DNA of 64,000 nucleotides from an uncultured bacterium (GTDB lineage Bacteria; Chlamydiota; Chlamydiia; Chlamydiales; 2-12-FULL-49-11): NCBI GenBank assembly GCA_964552055.1, contig CAZKFL010000005.1, positions 4,184 to 68,183 of the forward strand, read 5' to 3'. Shown piece by piece: positions 55,925 to 64,000 of this stretch (position 1 is its first letter; each line of letters starts with the position of its first letter). The notes under the pieces were generated by a model. It saw only the letters and a program-made list of their open reading frames with translations, ran no database searches and was not told where the DNA came from. The position numbers and the translations under genes were made by a program.

Positions 55925-57610
55925 ATGAACGAGATGAACTGGTTACAACTTATCCTTTTTTCATTAGTCATCATTTTACTAACAAAACCTATGGGACTAT
56001 ATTTATGCAAAGTACTGTCTTACAAACAAGCAACTGCATTTGAAAGATCTATTTATAAGGTTTGTGGAATCAATCCGCTAGAGGAACAAGACTGGAAACA
56101 GTATTTAATAAGCATTTTGGGATTTACGTTTATATGTCTGATTTTTATGGGAATACTACTCGCTTTTCAAAACAATCTTCCGCTAAATCCAGAAAATATA
56201 AGCGCACCTTCTTGGCATTTAAACTTAAATACTTCTGTAAGTTATGTGACTAATACAGATTATCAAAGTTATAGGGGCGAAAAAGCAATGTCTTATTTCT
56301 CGCAAATGGTAGCTCTTGTAGTACAAAACTTTGTGTCAGCAGCTGTTGGACTTGCATCTGCTGCTGCACTTGTAAGAGGAATTGCTGGAAAAGGCAAAAC
56401 TACCCTTGGAAATTTCTGGAGAGATCTTGTCCGAATTAATTTGTACTTATTACTTCCTATTTCAATTATTGCTGCAACACTATTTATCGCTGAAGGCGTT
56501 CCCCAAAACTTTAATTCTTATGTCACTGTAACCACATTAGAGGGAGATTCTCAAACAATTATAGGGGGTCCTATTGCATCGGGGCAGGCAATTAAGTTAC
56601 TTGGCTCCAATGGAGGTGGATATACGAATGCTAATTCAGCGCACCCGTATGAAAACCCAACCCCACTCTCAAATTTGCTTCAAATGCTGCTGATTTTTCT
56701 GATTCCTGCAGGACAAATTTATTATTTTGGTAAAACTGTGAATAGTGTAGGTCATGGGTGGTTTATAATTACAGCTCTTGGAACTGTATTTTTACTTGGT
56801 GTCATTACATGCGCCTCATCTGAAGCAGCAGGAAATCCAGACTGGCAAAAAATGGGATTAATAAACGGGAATTATGAAGGAAAGGAAAGCAGATTTGGCA
56901 TATTTGATTCATCTTTATTCGCTTGCGTTACTACAGCAATTTCATGCGGCGCTGTCAACTGCATGCATGATTCTCTGACTCCTATGGGCAGCCTCATTCC
57001 CTTTTTAAATATTGAACTCAGCGAAGTCATCTTTGGTGGTGTTGGCGCTGGCCTCTACAGCGTTTTACTCTTTGTTTTTCTCTCCATTTTTATTGCCGGA
57101 TTAATTATCGGGCGGACCCCTGAATACTTAGGTAAAAAAATTGAGTCATTCGACATCAAAATGACAATGCTTTCCATATTGCCATATGTTCTTATTGTTC
57201 ATGGTTTTACAGCTTGGTCAACATTTAGCGCATGGGGACTTTCAGCTCTCGGAAATAGCGGAAATCATGGATTTAGTGAGCTTCTCTATGCATTTAGTTC
57301 CGCTGGAGCAAATAATGGAAGCGCCTTAGCCGGCTTATCTACGAATGCCCCTATGTTTAACGTAACTCTCGCAATTGCCATGTTTTTTGGCAGATTTCTA
57401 GTCATTGCACCTGTAATTGCTCTCGCAGGTTCTTTTGCGCAAAAAAAAATACATCCCAAAACCGCCGCCTCCTTTCCTGTTTCAAGCCTAATATTTACCT
57501 CACTTTTAATTGGAATTATTTTATTAATCGGAGCTCTTACATTTCTTCCAGCTCTTACTATGGGTCCTATTATCGAGCAGTTTTTCATGCTAAAGGGAGA
57601 TTTATTCTAA
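55925..57610 (+). CDS. kdpA: K+-transporting ATPase subunit A
   Basis: This ~560-aa polytopic membrane protein begins MNEMNWLQLILF and sits directly upstream of kdpB. The in-frame ATG at 55925 is chosen so that it does not overlap kdpF. Confidence 0.9.
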   Translation: MNEMNWLQLILFSLVIILLTKPMGLYLCKVLSYKQATAFERSIYKVCGINPLEEQDWKQYLISILGFTFICLIFMGILLAFQNNLPLNPENISAPSWHLNLNTSVSYVTNTDYQSYRGEKAMSYFSQMVALVVQNFVSAAVGLASAAALVRGIAGKGKTTLGNFWRDLVRINLYLLLPISIIAATLFIAEGVPQNFNSYVTVTTLEGDSQTIIGGPIASGQAIKLLGSNGGGYTNANSAHPYENPTPLSNLLQMLLIFLIPAGQIYYFGKTVNSVGHGWFIITALGTVFLLGVITCASSEAAGNPDWQKMGLINGNYEGKESRFGIFDSSLFACVTTAISCGAVNCMHDSLTPMGSLIPFLNIELSEVIFGGVGAGLYSVLLFVFLSIFIAGLIIGRTPEYLGKKIESFDIKMTMLSILPYVLIVHGFTAWSTFSAWGLSALGNSGNHGFSELLYAFSSAGANNGSALAGLSTNAPMFNVTLAIAMFFGRFLVIAPVIALAGSFAQKKIHPKTAASFPVSSLIFTSLLIGIILLIGALTFLPALTMGPIIEQFFMLKGDLF

Positions 57611-59590
57611 ATGAAACTGAAAGCATTTCTCGAATCTCTAAAAAAGTTAAACCCATTAAATCTGCTCCATAATCCTGTTATTTTTATCACAGAAATTGGC
57701 GCTTTTATCACAACATTTGACACAATTTTTCTTCCAAATGAGCATCTTGCATTTTATATACAAGTTTCAATTTGGCTCTGGCTCACTGTCTTATTCTCAA
57801 ACTTTGCCGAATCTATTGCTGAAGCAAAAAATCAATCTCAGGCAGATTCCCTCCGAAAAGGGAGACAAGATACAACGGCAAATGTAAAAAAATTAGATGG
57901 CACCTTTCAATCAGTTAATTGCAAAACTCTAAAAAAGGGTGATATCGTTAAAATATCTGCTGGAGAAACTGTTCCGGGAGATGGAGAAATTATTGAAGGA
58001 ATGGCCTCAATTGATGAATCATCGATCACAGGAGAATCAGCACCTGTAATAAAAGCTGCGGGGACAGATCATAGCTCTGTAACAGGAGGAACTAAGCTAT
58101 TATCAGACCATATTCTTGTAAGAATTGCAAGTGAGCAGGGCGAGAGCTTTTTAGATAAAATGATTGATCTTATCGAGAGCGCAAAAAGAAAGAAATCACC
58201 GAATGAAATTGCACTAACTATTCTTCTTTCAGGACTTACATTTATATTTTTAGTAGTTGTAATTGCTATGCAAATTTTTGGAAATTATTTTAGTATTGCA
58301 TTCCCAGTAACTATGCTAGTTGCTCTTCTCATTTGCTTAATTCCAACAACAATTGCAGGACTTTTAAGTGCTATTGGAATTGCAGGTATCAATCGTCTTA
58401 TGCAAAATCACGTCTTAGCAATGAGTGGCTCTGCAGTTGAAGTCGCAGGTGATATCGATCTGATTCTTATTGATAAAACTGGTACCATTACAGTAGGTCA
58501 GAGAAAAGCCTCTGGATTTACAATAGGAGAAAAGATCTCGCTAGAAGATTTTGTCAAAGTTACCTATTTATCTTCTATTCAAGATACGACTGATGAAGGT
58601 CGCAGCATTGTAGAATATCTAAAAACTACCCACCCAAACCTTATTCCAAAAGAGCCTTCTAGCCTCTCATTTGTGCCATTTACGGCACAAACAAGAATGA
58701 GTGGAGCTAATTTTGGCGAAGAAATCTATCGAAAAGGATCTGTGGATTCCGTACAAAAATTGCTCGGGAAACAAGTGCCCTATGAACTTGCAACTGCAAC
58801 AAGAGCTTATGCGGAAGCCGGAGGAACCCCATTAATTGTATGTGATAATACGCGGATGCTTGGTGTTATTTTATTAAAAGACATTGTAAAAGAAGGGCTT
58901 TCAGAACTATTTGGAAGATTCAAAGCGATGGGCATTCAAACAGTAATGATGACTGGCGATAACCCAATTACTGCTAAAACCATTGCAAAAGAAGCAGGAA
59001 TTGACGACTTTCTCGCAGAAGTAAATCCCGAACAAAAACTAGAAACTGTGAAAAAAAAGCAAAGCGAAGGCCATCTTGTTGCTATGACAGGTGATGGAGT
59101 AAACGACGCTCCAGCCCTTGCGCAAGCAGATGTTGGTCTTGCCATGAATTCAGGAACTCAAGCTGCAAAAGAAGCTGGCAACATGATTGATCTAGACTCT
59201 CATCCAACGAAATTATTTGAAATCATAGAAATTGGTAAGCAAATGCTTATGACAAGGGGAGCGCTTACTACATTTTCAATTGCAAATGATTTAGCAAAGT
59301 ACTTTGCTATCATCCCCGCAATCATTATACCTTTTTTCCCAGCTGCAAGAGCGCTTAATTTAATGCACCTGAAAACCCCAGAAAGCGCAGTATTAAGCGC
59401 AGTCATCTTTAACGCGCTCATCATTCCCGCTCTTATCCCACTAGCTTTTAAAGGAGTGAAAATGATTCCAAGCAAAGCCGCAGTTATATTAAGAAGTAAT
59501 CTTTTAATCTACGGTATTGGTGGAATAGCGCTCCCCTTTATCGTGATCAAACTAATTGATTTAGCAATCACTCGGATGAGACTTATATGA
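57611..59590 (+). CDS. kdpB: K+-transporting P-type ATPase subunit B
   Basis: The ORF has DKTGTIT (phosphorylation site), MTGDNPITA and TGDGVNDAPALAQADVG. Confidence 0.96.
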   Translation: MKLKAFLESLKKLNPLNLLHNPVIFITEIGAFITTFDTIFLPNEHLAFYIQVSIWLWLTVLFSNFAESIAEAKNQSQADSLRKGRQDTTANVKKLDGTFQSVNCKTLKKGDIVKISAGETVPGDGEIIEGMASIDESSITGESAPVIKAAGTDHSSVTGGTKLLSDHILVRIASEQGESFLDKMIDLIESAKRKKSPNEIALTILLSGLTFIFLVVVIAMQIFGNYFSIAFPVTMLVALLICLIPTTIAGLLSAIGIAGINRLMQNHVLAMSGSAVEVAGDIDLILIDKTGTITVGQRKASGFTIGEKISLEDFVKVTYLSSIQDTTDEGRSIVEYLKTTHPNLIPKEPSSLSFVPFTAQTRMSGANFGEEIYRKGSVDSVQKLLGKQVPYELATATRAYAEAGGTPLIVCDNTRMLGVILLKDIVKEGLSELFGRFKAMGIQTVMMTGDNPITAKTIAKEAGIDDFLAEVNPEQKLETVKKKQSEGHLVAMTGDGVNDAPALAQADVGLAMNSGTQAAKEAGNMIDLDSHPTKLFEIIEIGKQMLMTRGALTTFSIANDLAKYFAIIPAIIIPFFPAARALNLMHLKTPESAVLSAVIFNALIIPALIPLAFKGVKMIPSKAAVILRSNLLIYGIGGIALPFIVIKLIDLAITRMRLI

Positions 59591-60159
59591 AAGCATTTTT
59601 AAAAAGTTTAAAGCCTGCAGCACTTTTACTAGGAATTTTCACCATCCTTCTTGGTATGATTTACCCCCTCTTTATGAGGGGAGTCGGAGACCTTTTTTTT
59701 CCAGCTTGTGCAAACGGCAGCTTTATTTATAAAGACGGAAAAATAATCGGATCAGAACTCATTGCGCAAAATTTTACAAAGCCTGAGTACTTTCATCCAA
59801 GACCTTCTGCTGCAAACTATGACGGAACAAATTCACAGGGAAGTAACCTTGGTCCAACATCTTTAAAACTAGATACGGCAATAAAAGAGCGACTCCATAC
59901 ATACCGAACAGAAAATAATCTACCACACGATAGTAAAATACCAGCAGACGCTGTCACCTCATCAGGTAGTGGCTTAGATCCCCATATCAGCCCTGAAAAC
60001 GCCTACCTCCAAGCAGAAAGAGTTGCCAAAGCTAGAAATTTACCCTCAAAGCAAGTGGAAAACCTAATTAAAACACATACCGAATCCAAATCTCTTTTTT
60101 TATTTGGGACGCCCAGAGTAAACGTTTTAAAGCTAAATATCGCTCTTGACACTCTATAG
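59587..60159 (+). CDS. kdpC: K+-transporting ATPase subunit C
   Basis: The 190-aa ORF has a single N-terminal TM segment and contains SGSGLDPHISPENA, a KdpC block. It overlaps the kdpB stop. Confidence 0.9.
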   Translation: MKAFLKSLKPAALLLGIFTILLGMIYPLFMRGVGDLFFPACANGSFIYKDGKIIGSELIAQNFTKPEYFHPRPSAANYDGTNSQGSNLGPTSLKLDTAIKERLHTYRTENNLPHDSKIPADAVTSSGSGLDPHISPENAYLQAERVAKARNLPSKQVENLIKTHTESKSLFLFGTPRVNVLKLNIALDTL

Positions 60160-60182
60160 CGCATTGCATATGAATAATAACT

Positions 60183-61145
60183 ATGCGCTTTTTTATATTA
60201 GGCATCATTTTTTTAAACACATTCATACTCGGAAATGAGGCGCTTCCAACCCCACCTACACCCTGGTTAACAGGGCCATTGATCGCCCCATCAGAATATG
60301 CAATTCCCCTTGGCCAAATTGAATTTGAAAGCTACATTTACGCAACTACAAATACGGGAATCTATGATAAGAACTGGAAAACTGTAAGCGCAGACCACAA
60401 CTTTTTTTCGCTAAATCCCCAATTCTTTTTATATATAGGCCTCACTCCGTGGATGGACATTAATATCATCCCCCAATTTTTCTATAACACCACCCAAAAT
60501 CAAAACTCAGTCAACTTTGGAGATCTAATTGTTGCGCTCGATTTTCAACTTTTAGACCCAAACTACACGCCGTATTTCCCAGGAATCAAATTCACTTTCA
60601 GAGAAACCTTCCCCACAGGACCCTACCAAAAACTAAATCCCACCAAACTACTCACCGACCTAGCAGGAGCTGGTACTTACGGCACAAACTTCAACCTCGT
60701 TTTCTACCAAGTATACCATCTCACAGGACACCACTTCCTTAGCACAGTCTACAGTGCAGCCTACACACTCACAACCCCTGTTCACATTCACGGATTAAAC
60801 GCCTACGGAGGAGGTAATGGCGCTAGAGGAACAGTATACCCCGGAGAAACCTTTCAAGCGATCTTCAGCTTCGAACTCACCCTCACTCAGAGCATAGTCC
60901 TAGCCCTCGACAATGTCTATACCCACATCAACCGCACCACCTTTTCCGGCAATCCAGGCCAAACTCCAACCGGAGCACCCTTAAAAAACACCGAACCCTC
61001 ATCCGAGCAAATCACCTTTGCACCCGCGATCGAATTCAACTTCAGCGAAAACCTCGGCATCATAACCGGCTGCTGGTTCACTGCCTACGGCCGCAACACC
61101 CCCAATTTTAAAAGCTACGTCATTAACCTCATCTACACCTTCTAA
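60183..61145 (+). CDS. Putative outer-membrane beta-barrel protein
   Basis: The 320-aa ORF has a signal peptide (MRFFILGIIFLNTFILGNEA). It shows an aromatic-rich alternating pattern and ends in NLIYTF, with a terminal Phe. Confidence 0.6.
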   Translation: MRFFILGIIFLNTFILGNEALPTPPTPWLTGPLIAPSEYAIPLGQIEFESYIYATTNTGIYDKNWKTVSADHNFFSLNPQFFLYIGLTPWMDINIIPQFFYNTTQNQNSVNFGDLIVALDFQLLDPNYTPYFPGIKFTFRETFPTGPYQKLNPTKLLTDLAGAGTYGTNFNLVFYQVYHLTGHHFLSTVYSAAYTLTTPVHIHGLNAYGGGNGARGTVYPGETFQAIFSFELTLTQSIVLALDNVYTHINRTTFSGNPGQTPTGAPLKNTEPSSEQITFAPAIEFNFSENLGIITGCWFTAYGRNTPNFKSYVINLIYTF

Positions 61146-61165
61146 TGGGACGTCTGACCCCCAAA

Positions 61166-62110
61166 TTAAATAAGGTCGCTGAGAAGCTGCTTGTCTGTAG
61201 AGGTGATTTTTTGGCGGGGAGGGAGTTTTTTGCGCTGGCTAATAAGTTCTCGGATAAGATTTTCTTCGCGCTCTAAGTCATTTAGGCTGTAGTATGAGAA
61301 GATGATTTCTAACATTTCTAAGAAGTGGTCTTCGTTTTTTATGTGTTTGAGTACGTTTTTGTAGGTAGTGATAAAAAGTTGTTTGTGGCCTGTTTCGATG
61401 AGGTAATAGAGGGCTTCAAAGGAGAGTTCTATTTCTGTTTTGCTGGAGAGCTTTTCCAAAAATCTTGACATCATGGCCGCCTTCTCTTCAGGTGAAGCTC
61501 CTAGAAGTAACCTAACGCGTAAAAATTCAAACCAAAGGCTTCCCTCTACGTAATCATAAATGTTTTCGAGGAGTTCAGAGGCTCTAGTCTCCTCATTCAT
61601 ATCGATCTGATCATAAATATAGTTATAAAAAAAACTTTCAAGATCGTGGGCTAAATACGCAGTTAATTGTTTGAAGGCAACTTTAGGCTTCATCCCTCTA
61701 TCAACACTTTCATCAAGAATATCAAATAGCTCTGTTAATATTTCTTCTTCTTGATTTTCCTTTCCTAAATCGAATTCGTTGATAAATGCGTCTAGTTCAT
61801 CACAAAAAATTGATATGGTTTTACAAAAGGCGCAATTTCTTCTCCAAAACTCAAATGTATATAGATAGGCTTCCTCTTTTTTTTCAGAGGCTATCCTAAA
61901 GTCAACTTCTTCAGGTGATTTACCCGATTTAGCGAATTGGATGATCGTACTATTTTCAAATTCAATGCCCAGATTTTTTAGCCCTAACTTAAGCTCTTCA
62001 TCTGTAAGTGATCTGTAGTCTAAAATTTGCCATTCAGGCACTTGAAGCAAAGGCTCATCCCTTTTCTTATATTGAAGAAGGTTATATTTTGCTCTACCTA
62101 AAAATGACAT
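61166..62110 (-). CDS. Hypothetical acidic protein (314 aa)
   Basis: This long ORF has coding-like composition and no motif I recognise. Confidence 0.55.
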   Translation of the reverse strand: MSFLGRAKYNLLQYKKRDEPLLQVPEWQILDYRSLTDEELKLGLKNLGIEFENSTIIQFAKSGKSPEEVDFRIASEKKEEAYLYTFEFWRRNCAFCKTISIFCDELDAFINEFDLGKENQEEEILTELFDILDESVDRGMKPKVAFKQLTAYLAHDLESFFYNYIYDQIDMNEETRASELLENIYDYVEGSLWFEFLRVRLLLGASPEEKAAMMSRFLEKLSSKTEIELSFEALYYLIETGHKQLFITTYKNVLKHIKNEDHFLEMLEIIFSYYSLNDLEREENLIRELISQRKKLPPRQKITSTDKQLLSDLI

Positions 62111-62202
62111 GCTTTCCCAAACTATATAAAATCTATTTTAATGACTCATTCATAATCAATTTAGTAATTTTCATCAATGCATAATTTGAGTATGCTTTCG
62201 AT

Positions 62203-62652
62203 ATGCATATCAAAAAGCGTCCATTCATCCTTCTTGAACTCTTTCTAGCACTCGCTTTGATCTCCCTTTCCATAATCCCCATAGCTTCTTACCCTTTTAA
62301 AATTACTCAAAAAGAGCTCTCAACTTTAATTGAAATACAGCTTCAAGAAATTGCTGAAGTAGCCTTTAAAGATCTACTTTTAGACAGTGATTGCTTAAGC
62401 AGAACCTACACAATTGCTTTAAATAACGATTACAAATGGGAATATCTTGCAACATGGGAAATTGAATATAAGACACCTACAACAGAACCTTACACAAAAT
62501 CTCTTCTACAAGCAACTCTTAACCTAACTCCCCCCAAAAAATCTTCTGGTATCATTAAACTCCCGAACCTAGAAGTCTTTTTTGAATACTTCATTGAAGC
62601 GAAAGAAGATAATAAAGAATCCGCCTCCACTTCTGACCAAAATGATGACTAG
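62203..62652 (+). CDS. Pseudopilin/prepilin-like protein (type II secretion/type IV pilin class N-terminus)
   Basis: The N-terminus is MHIKKRP-FILLELFLALALISLSIIPIA: a basic leader, then a hydrophobic helix with Glu at +5. Position -1 is Pro rather than Gly. Confidence 0.55.
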   Translation: MHIKKRPFILLELFLALALISLSIIPIASYPFKITQKELSTLIEIQLQEIAEVAFKDLLLDSDCLSRTYTIALNNDYKWEYLATWEIEYKTPTTEPYTKSLLQATLNLTPPKKSSGIIKLPNLEVFFEYFIEAKEDNKESASTSDQNDD

Positions 62653-62669
62653 TCACTAAATTCAACCGG

Positions 62670-63341
62670 TTATTTACCCTCTTCTTGCTGCTGAAGAAGA
62701 TACGGAAGTGTGGATTTTGTAAAATCCGCTAGAATAGTTTCTACTGCGAGTTTCTCTTCTTCGGGCAAATCTGAAAGAGATGCTAACAATCTTCGACATT
62801 CATCGGCGCAAGTTTGATATTTAGGAATTTGAGAAATAAGCTCGTCTATGCGTATCTCAGACGGCTCTATATCACCACCTTTTCCTTTATCATAGTCAGC
62901 AAGAGTTACATACGGATCTCTAAGAAATGCTTCATTTTCAAACTTATACTGGTCCGTCATTGATTCTAACTCTTTTAAGGTTTCTATATTATTAATCAAA
63001 TGCTCATATTTTTTAAGTTTTTCTGGAAAAGCTCTTAAAGAATCATCTTTAGGGCCTGCAAAAAACGATTTTTTACTAATCTCACCAACTGTTTTAATTA
63101 TGTTATTTAGAATGCGCGAGTTACTATCACTAACAGGAAACCTGCTAACTAATTTATCTAATAGGTTTAATTTCTCCCTTAATTTTGCTATAGAACGGCC
63201 AGTTGGCACGTCAGGCAAATCCCTAAAGGTGAGCGAGATCGATTTATGCAATTTTTCTAGATCTGAATTAAATTCTTCTTTAGCCATATGATAGGCAGCT
63301 TCTTCTGAATATCGCCCTTTTGGTCCAATTTCTGAGGTCAT
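62670..63341 (-). CDS. Hypothetical coiled-coil-like protein (223 aa)
   Basis: The ORF has coding-like composition, is Glu/Lys/Leu-rich, and has no motif I recognise. Confidence 0.5.
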   Translation of the reverse strand: MTSEIGPKGRYSEEAAYHMAKEEFNSDLEKLHKSISLTFRDLPDVPTGRSIAKLREKLNLLDKLVSRFPVSDSNSRILNNIIKTVGEISKKSFFAGPKDDSLRAFPEKLKKYEHLINNIETLKELESMTDQYKFENEAFLRDPYVTLADYDKGKGGDIEPSEIRIDELISQIPKYQTCADECRRLLASLSDLPEEEKLAVETILADFTKSTLPYLLQQQEEGK

Positions 63342-63458
63342 ACTCTCTCCTTTTCTTCTAAGAATAAAAATGGTTCAATTAATGTCAAATGGTTAGATCC
63401 CTGGCCAAGCGGACCCTTCCAGAAAATTAGATATCAAATAATTCCTAGGCTTAATACA

Positions 63459-63692
63459 ATGCTAATATTTCTAATAAGGCGCATTATGAAATTATTTTCT
63501 AAGGGTTTTTTAAATAAGTTTGTCGATAAGGATGATAAAAGGCTTAAAAGGCCTGTCTATATTGATAATCTTAACTTAGTTTTGCTAACTAAGCACAATC
63601 CGTACAAAAGACCAATTGAGCTAAAAGCAAAGTCAAAGCTTAATGATCCAGAGCTAGCGCTTGTGACTTTTCAAAGACTATGCAAAGAGTAA
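63459..63692 (+). CDS. Hypothetical small basic protein (weak call; start possibly at 63486)
   Basis: The 77-aa ORF is Lys-rich. It overlaps the next ORF's start by 12 nt, in operon-like fashion. Confidence 0.3.
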   Translation: MLIFLIRRIMKLFSKGFLNKFVDKDDKRLKRPVYIDNLNLVLLTKHNPYKRPIELKAKSKLNDPELALVTFQRLCKE

Positions 63693-64000
63693 AGAAAAAA
63701 TCTCCGCTAACATTAATCGAAGTGGTCATTGCATTAGGCCTTATGGCAATAGTTTTTAGCACGCTTTTCCCTTTTCTGATTCAAACAATCCGTCTTTCCA
63801 AATCTCTTGAAACTCTTAAATCCAATGCACTTTCAACATCATATTTTTATAGCAGATTACTCCCCATTTTCTGTAAAGCTGATCCCTCCTCGTTTCAATT
63901 AGAAAAAGATGAGTCTGATGCTATCTATAAAGTAACTTTCACTTTTGAAAATGGCCTTGATCCAGCTCTCATTTTTTCAGGCAAAGTATCAGCCTCTATC
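63681..64000 (+). CDS. Pseudopilin/prepilin-like protein, partial (runs off the window end; not in ORF track)
   Basis: The reading frame stays open from the ATG at 63681 to the window end. The translation begins MQRVKKKSP-LTLIEVVIALGLMAIVFSTLFPFLIQ, with an LTLIE motif, Glu at +5 and Pro at -1. Confidence 0.6.

Noticed and set aside
60158-60196. A 7-bp stem (AGCGCAT/ATGCGCT) followed by T6 after kdpC could be an intrinsic terminator.
   Set aside because: The loop is 18 nt. The 3' arm is the OMP start codon, and the T-run encodes Phe-Phe of its signal peptide. It cannot be distinguished from coincidence.

Overview
This AT-rich bacterial chromosomal segment most likely comes from an environmental Chlamydia-like organism (phylum Chlamydiota). 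That assignment is inferred from three things: the ~1,100-aa long-form PBP2, the Inc-like hydrophobic hairpins, and the mix of autotransporter, pseudopilin-like and eukaryote-like genes. All identifications come from reading motifs by eye, because no database search was possible.

Housekeeping genes:
- tsf (partial), rpsB, tRNA-Gly(UCC), pbp2, nnr, gpsA
- a heptosyltransferase fusion, ruvC-ruvA, mnmE, rlmN, psd, secA
- lpdA-lipA, glgC, and kdpFABC, where kdpF is missing from the ORF track

Accessory content:
1. A head-to-head pair of ~3,000-aa paralogous giant ORFs covers 18 kb. Each has a hydrophobic hairpin at aa ~520-575 and a buried SF2/SNF2-like NTPase motif set (GxGKT, DEAH, QxxxRxRG). 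They diverge from a mirror-symmetric 156-bp control region. This is my best candidate for an undescribed system.
2. A multi-pass membrane protein carries a complete eukaryotic RING-H2 signature.
3. A 2,290-aa classical autotransporter sits next to a barrel-less passenger paralogue. The pair is bracketed by four direct copies of a 28-bp repeat.
4. A GT32(DXD)/GT2 glycosyltransferase pair is translationally coupled.
5. A 396-bp gene-free region holds a long inverted repeat and a small hydrophobic ORF.
6. Two pseudopilin-like ORFs have a non-canonical Pro at position -1.

No integrase, transposase, phage gene, rRNA or CRISPR array was seen.
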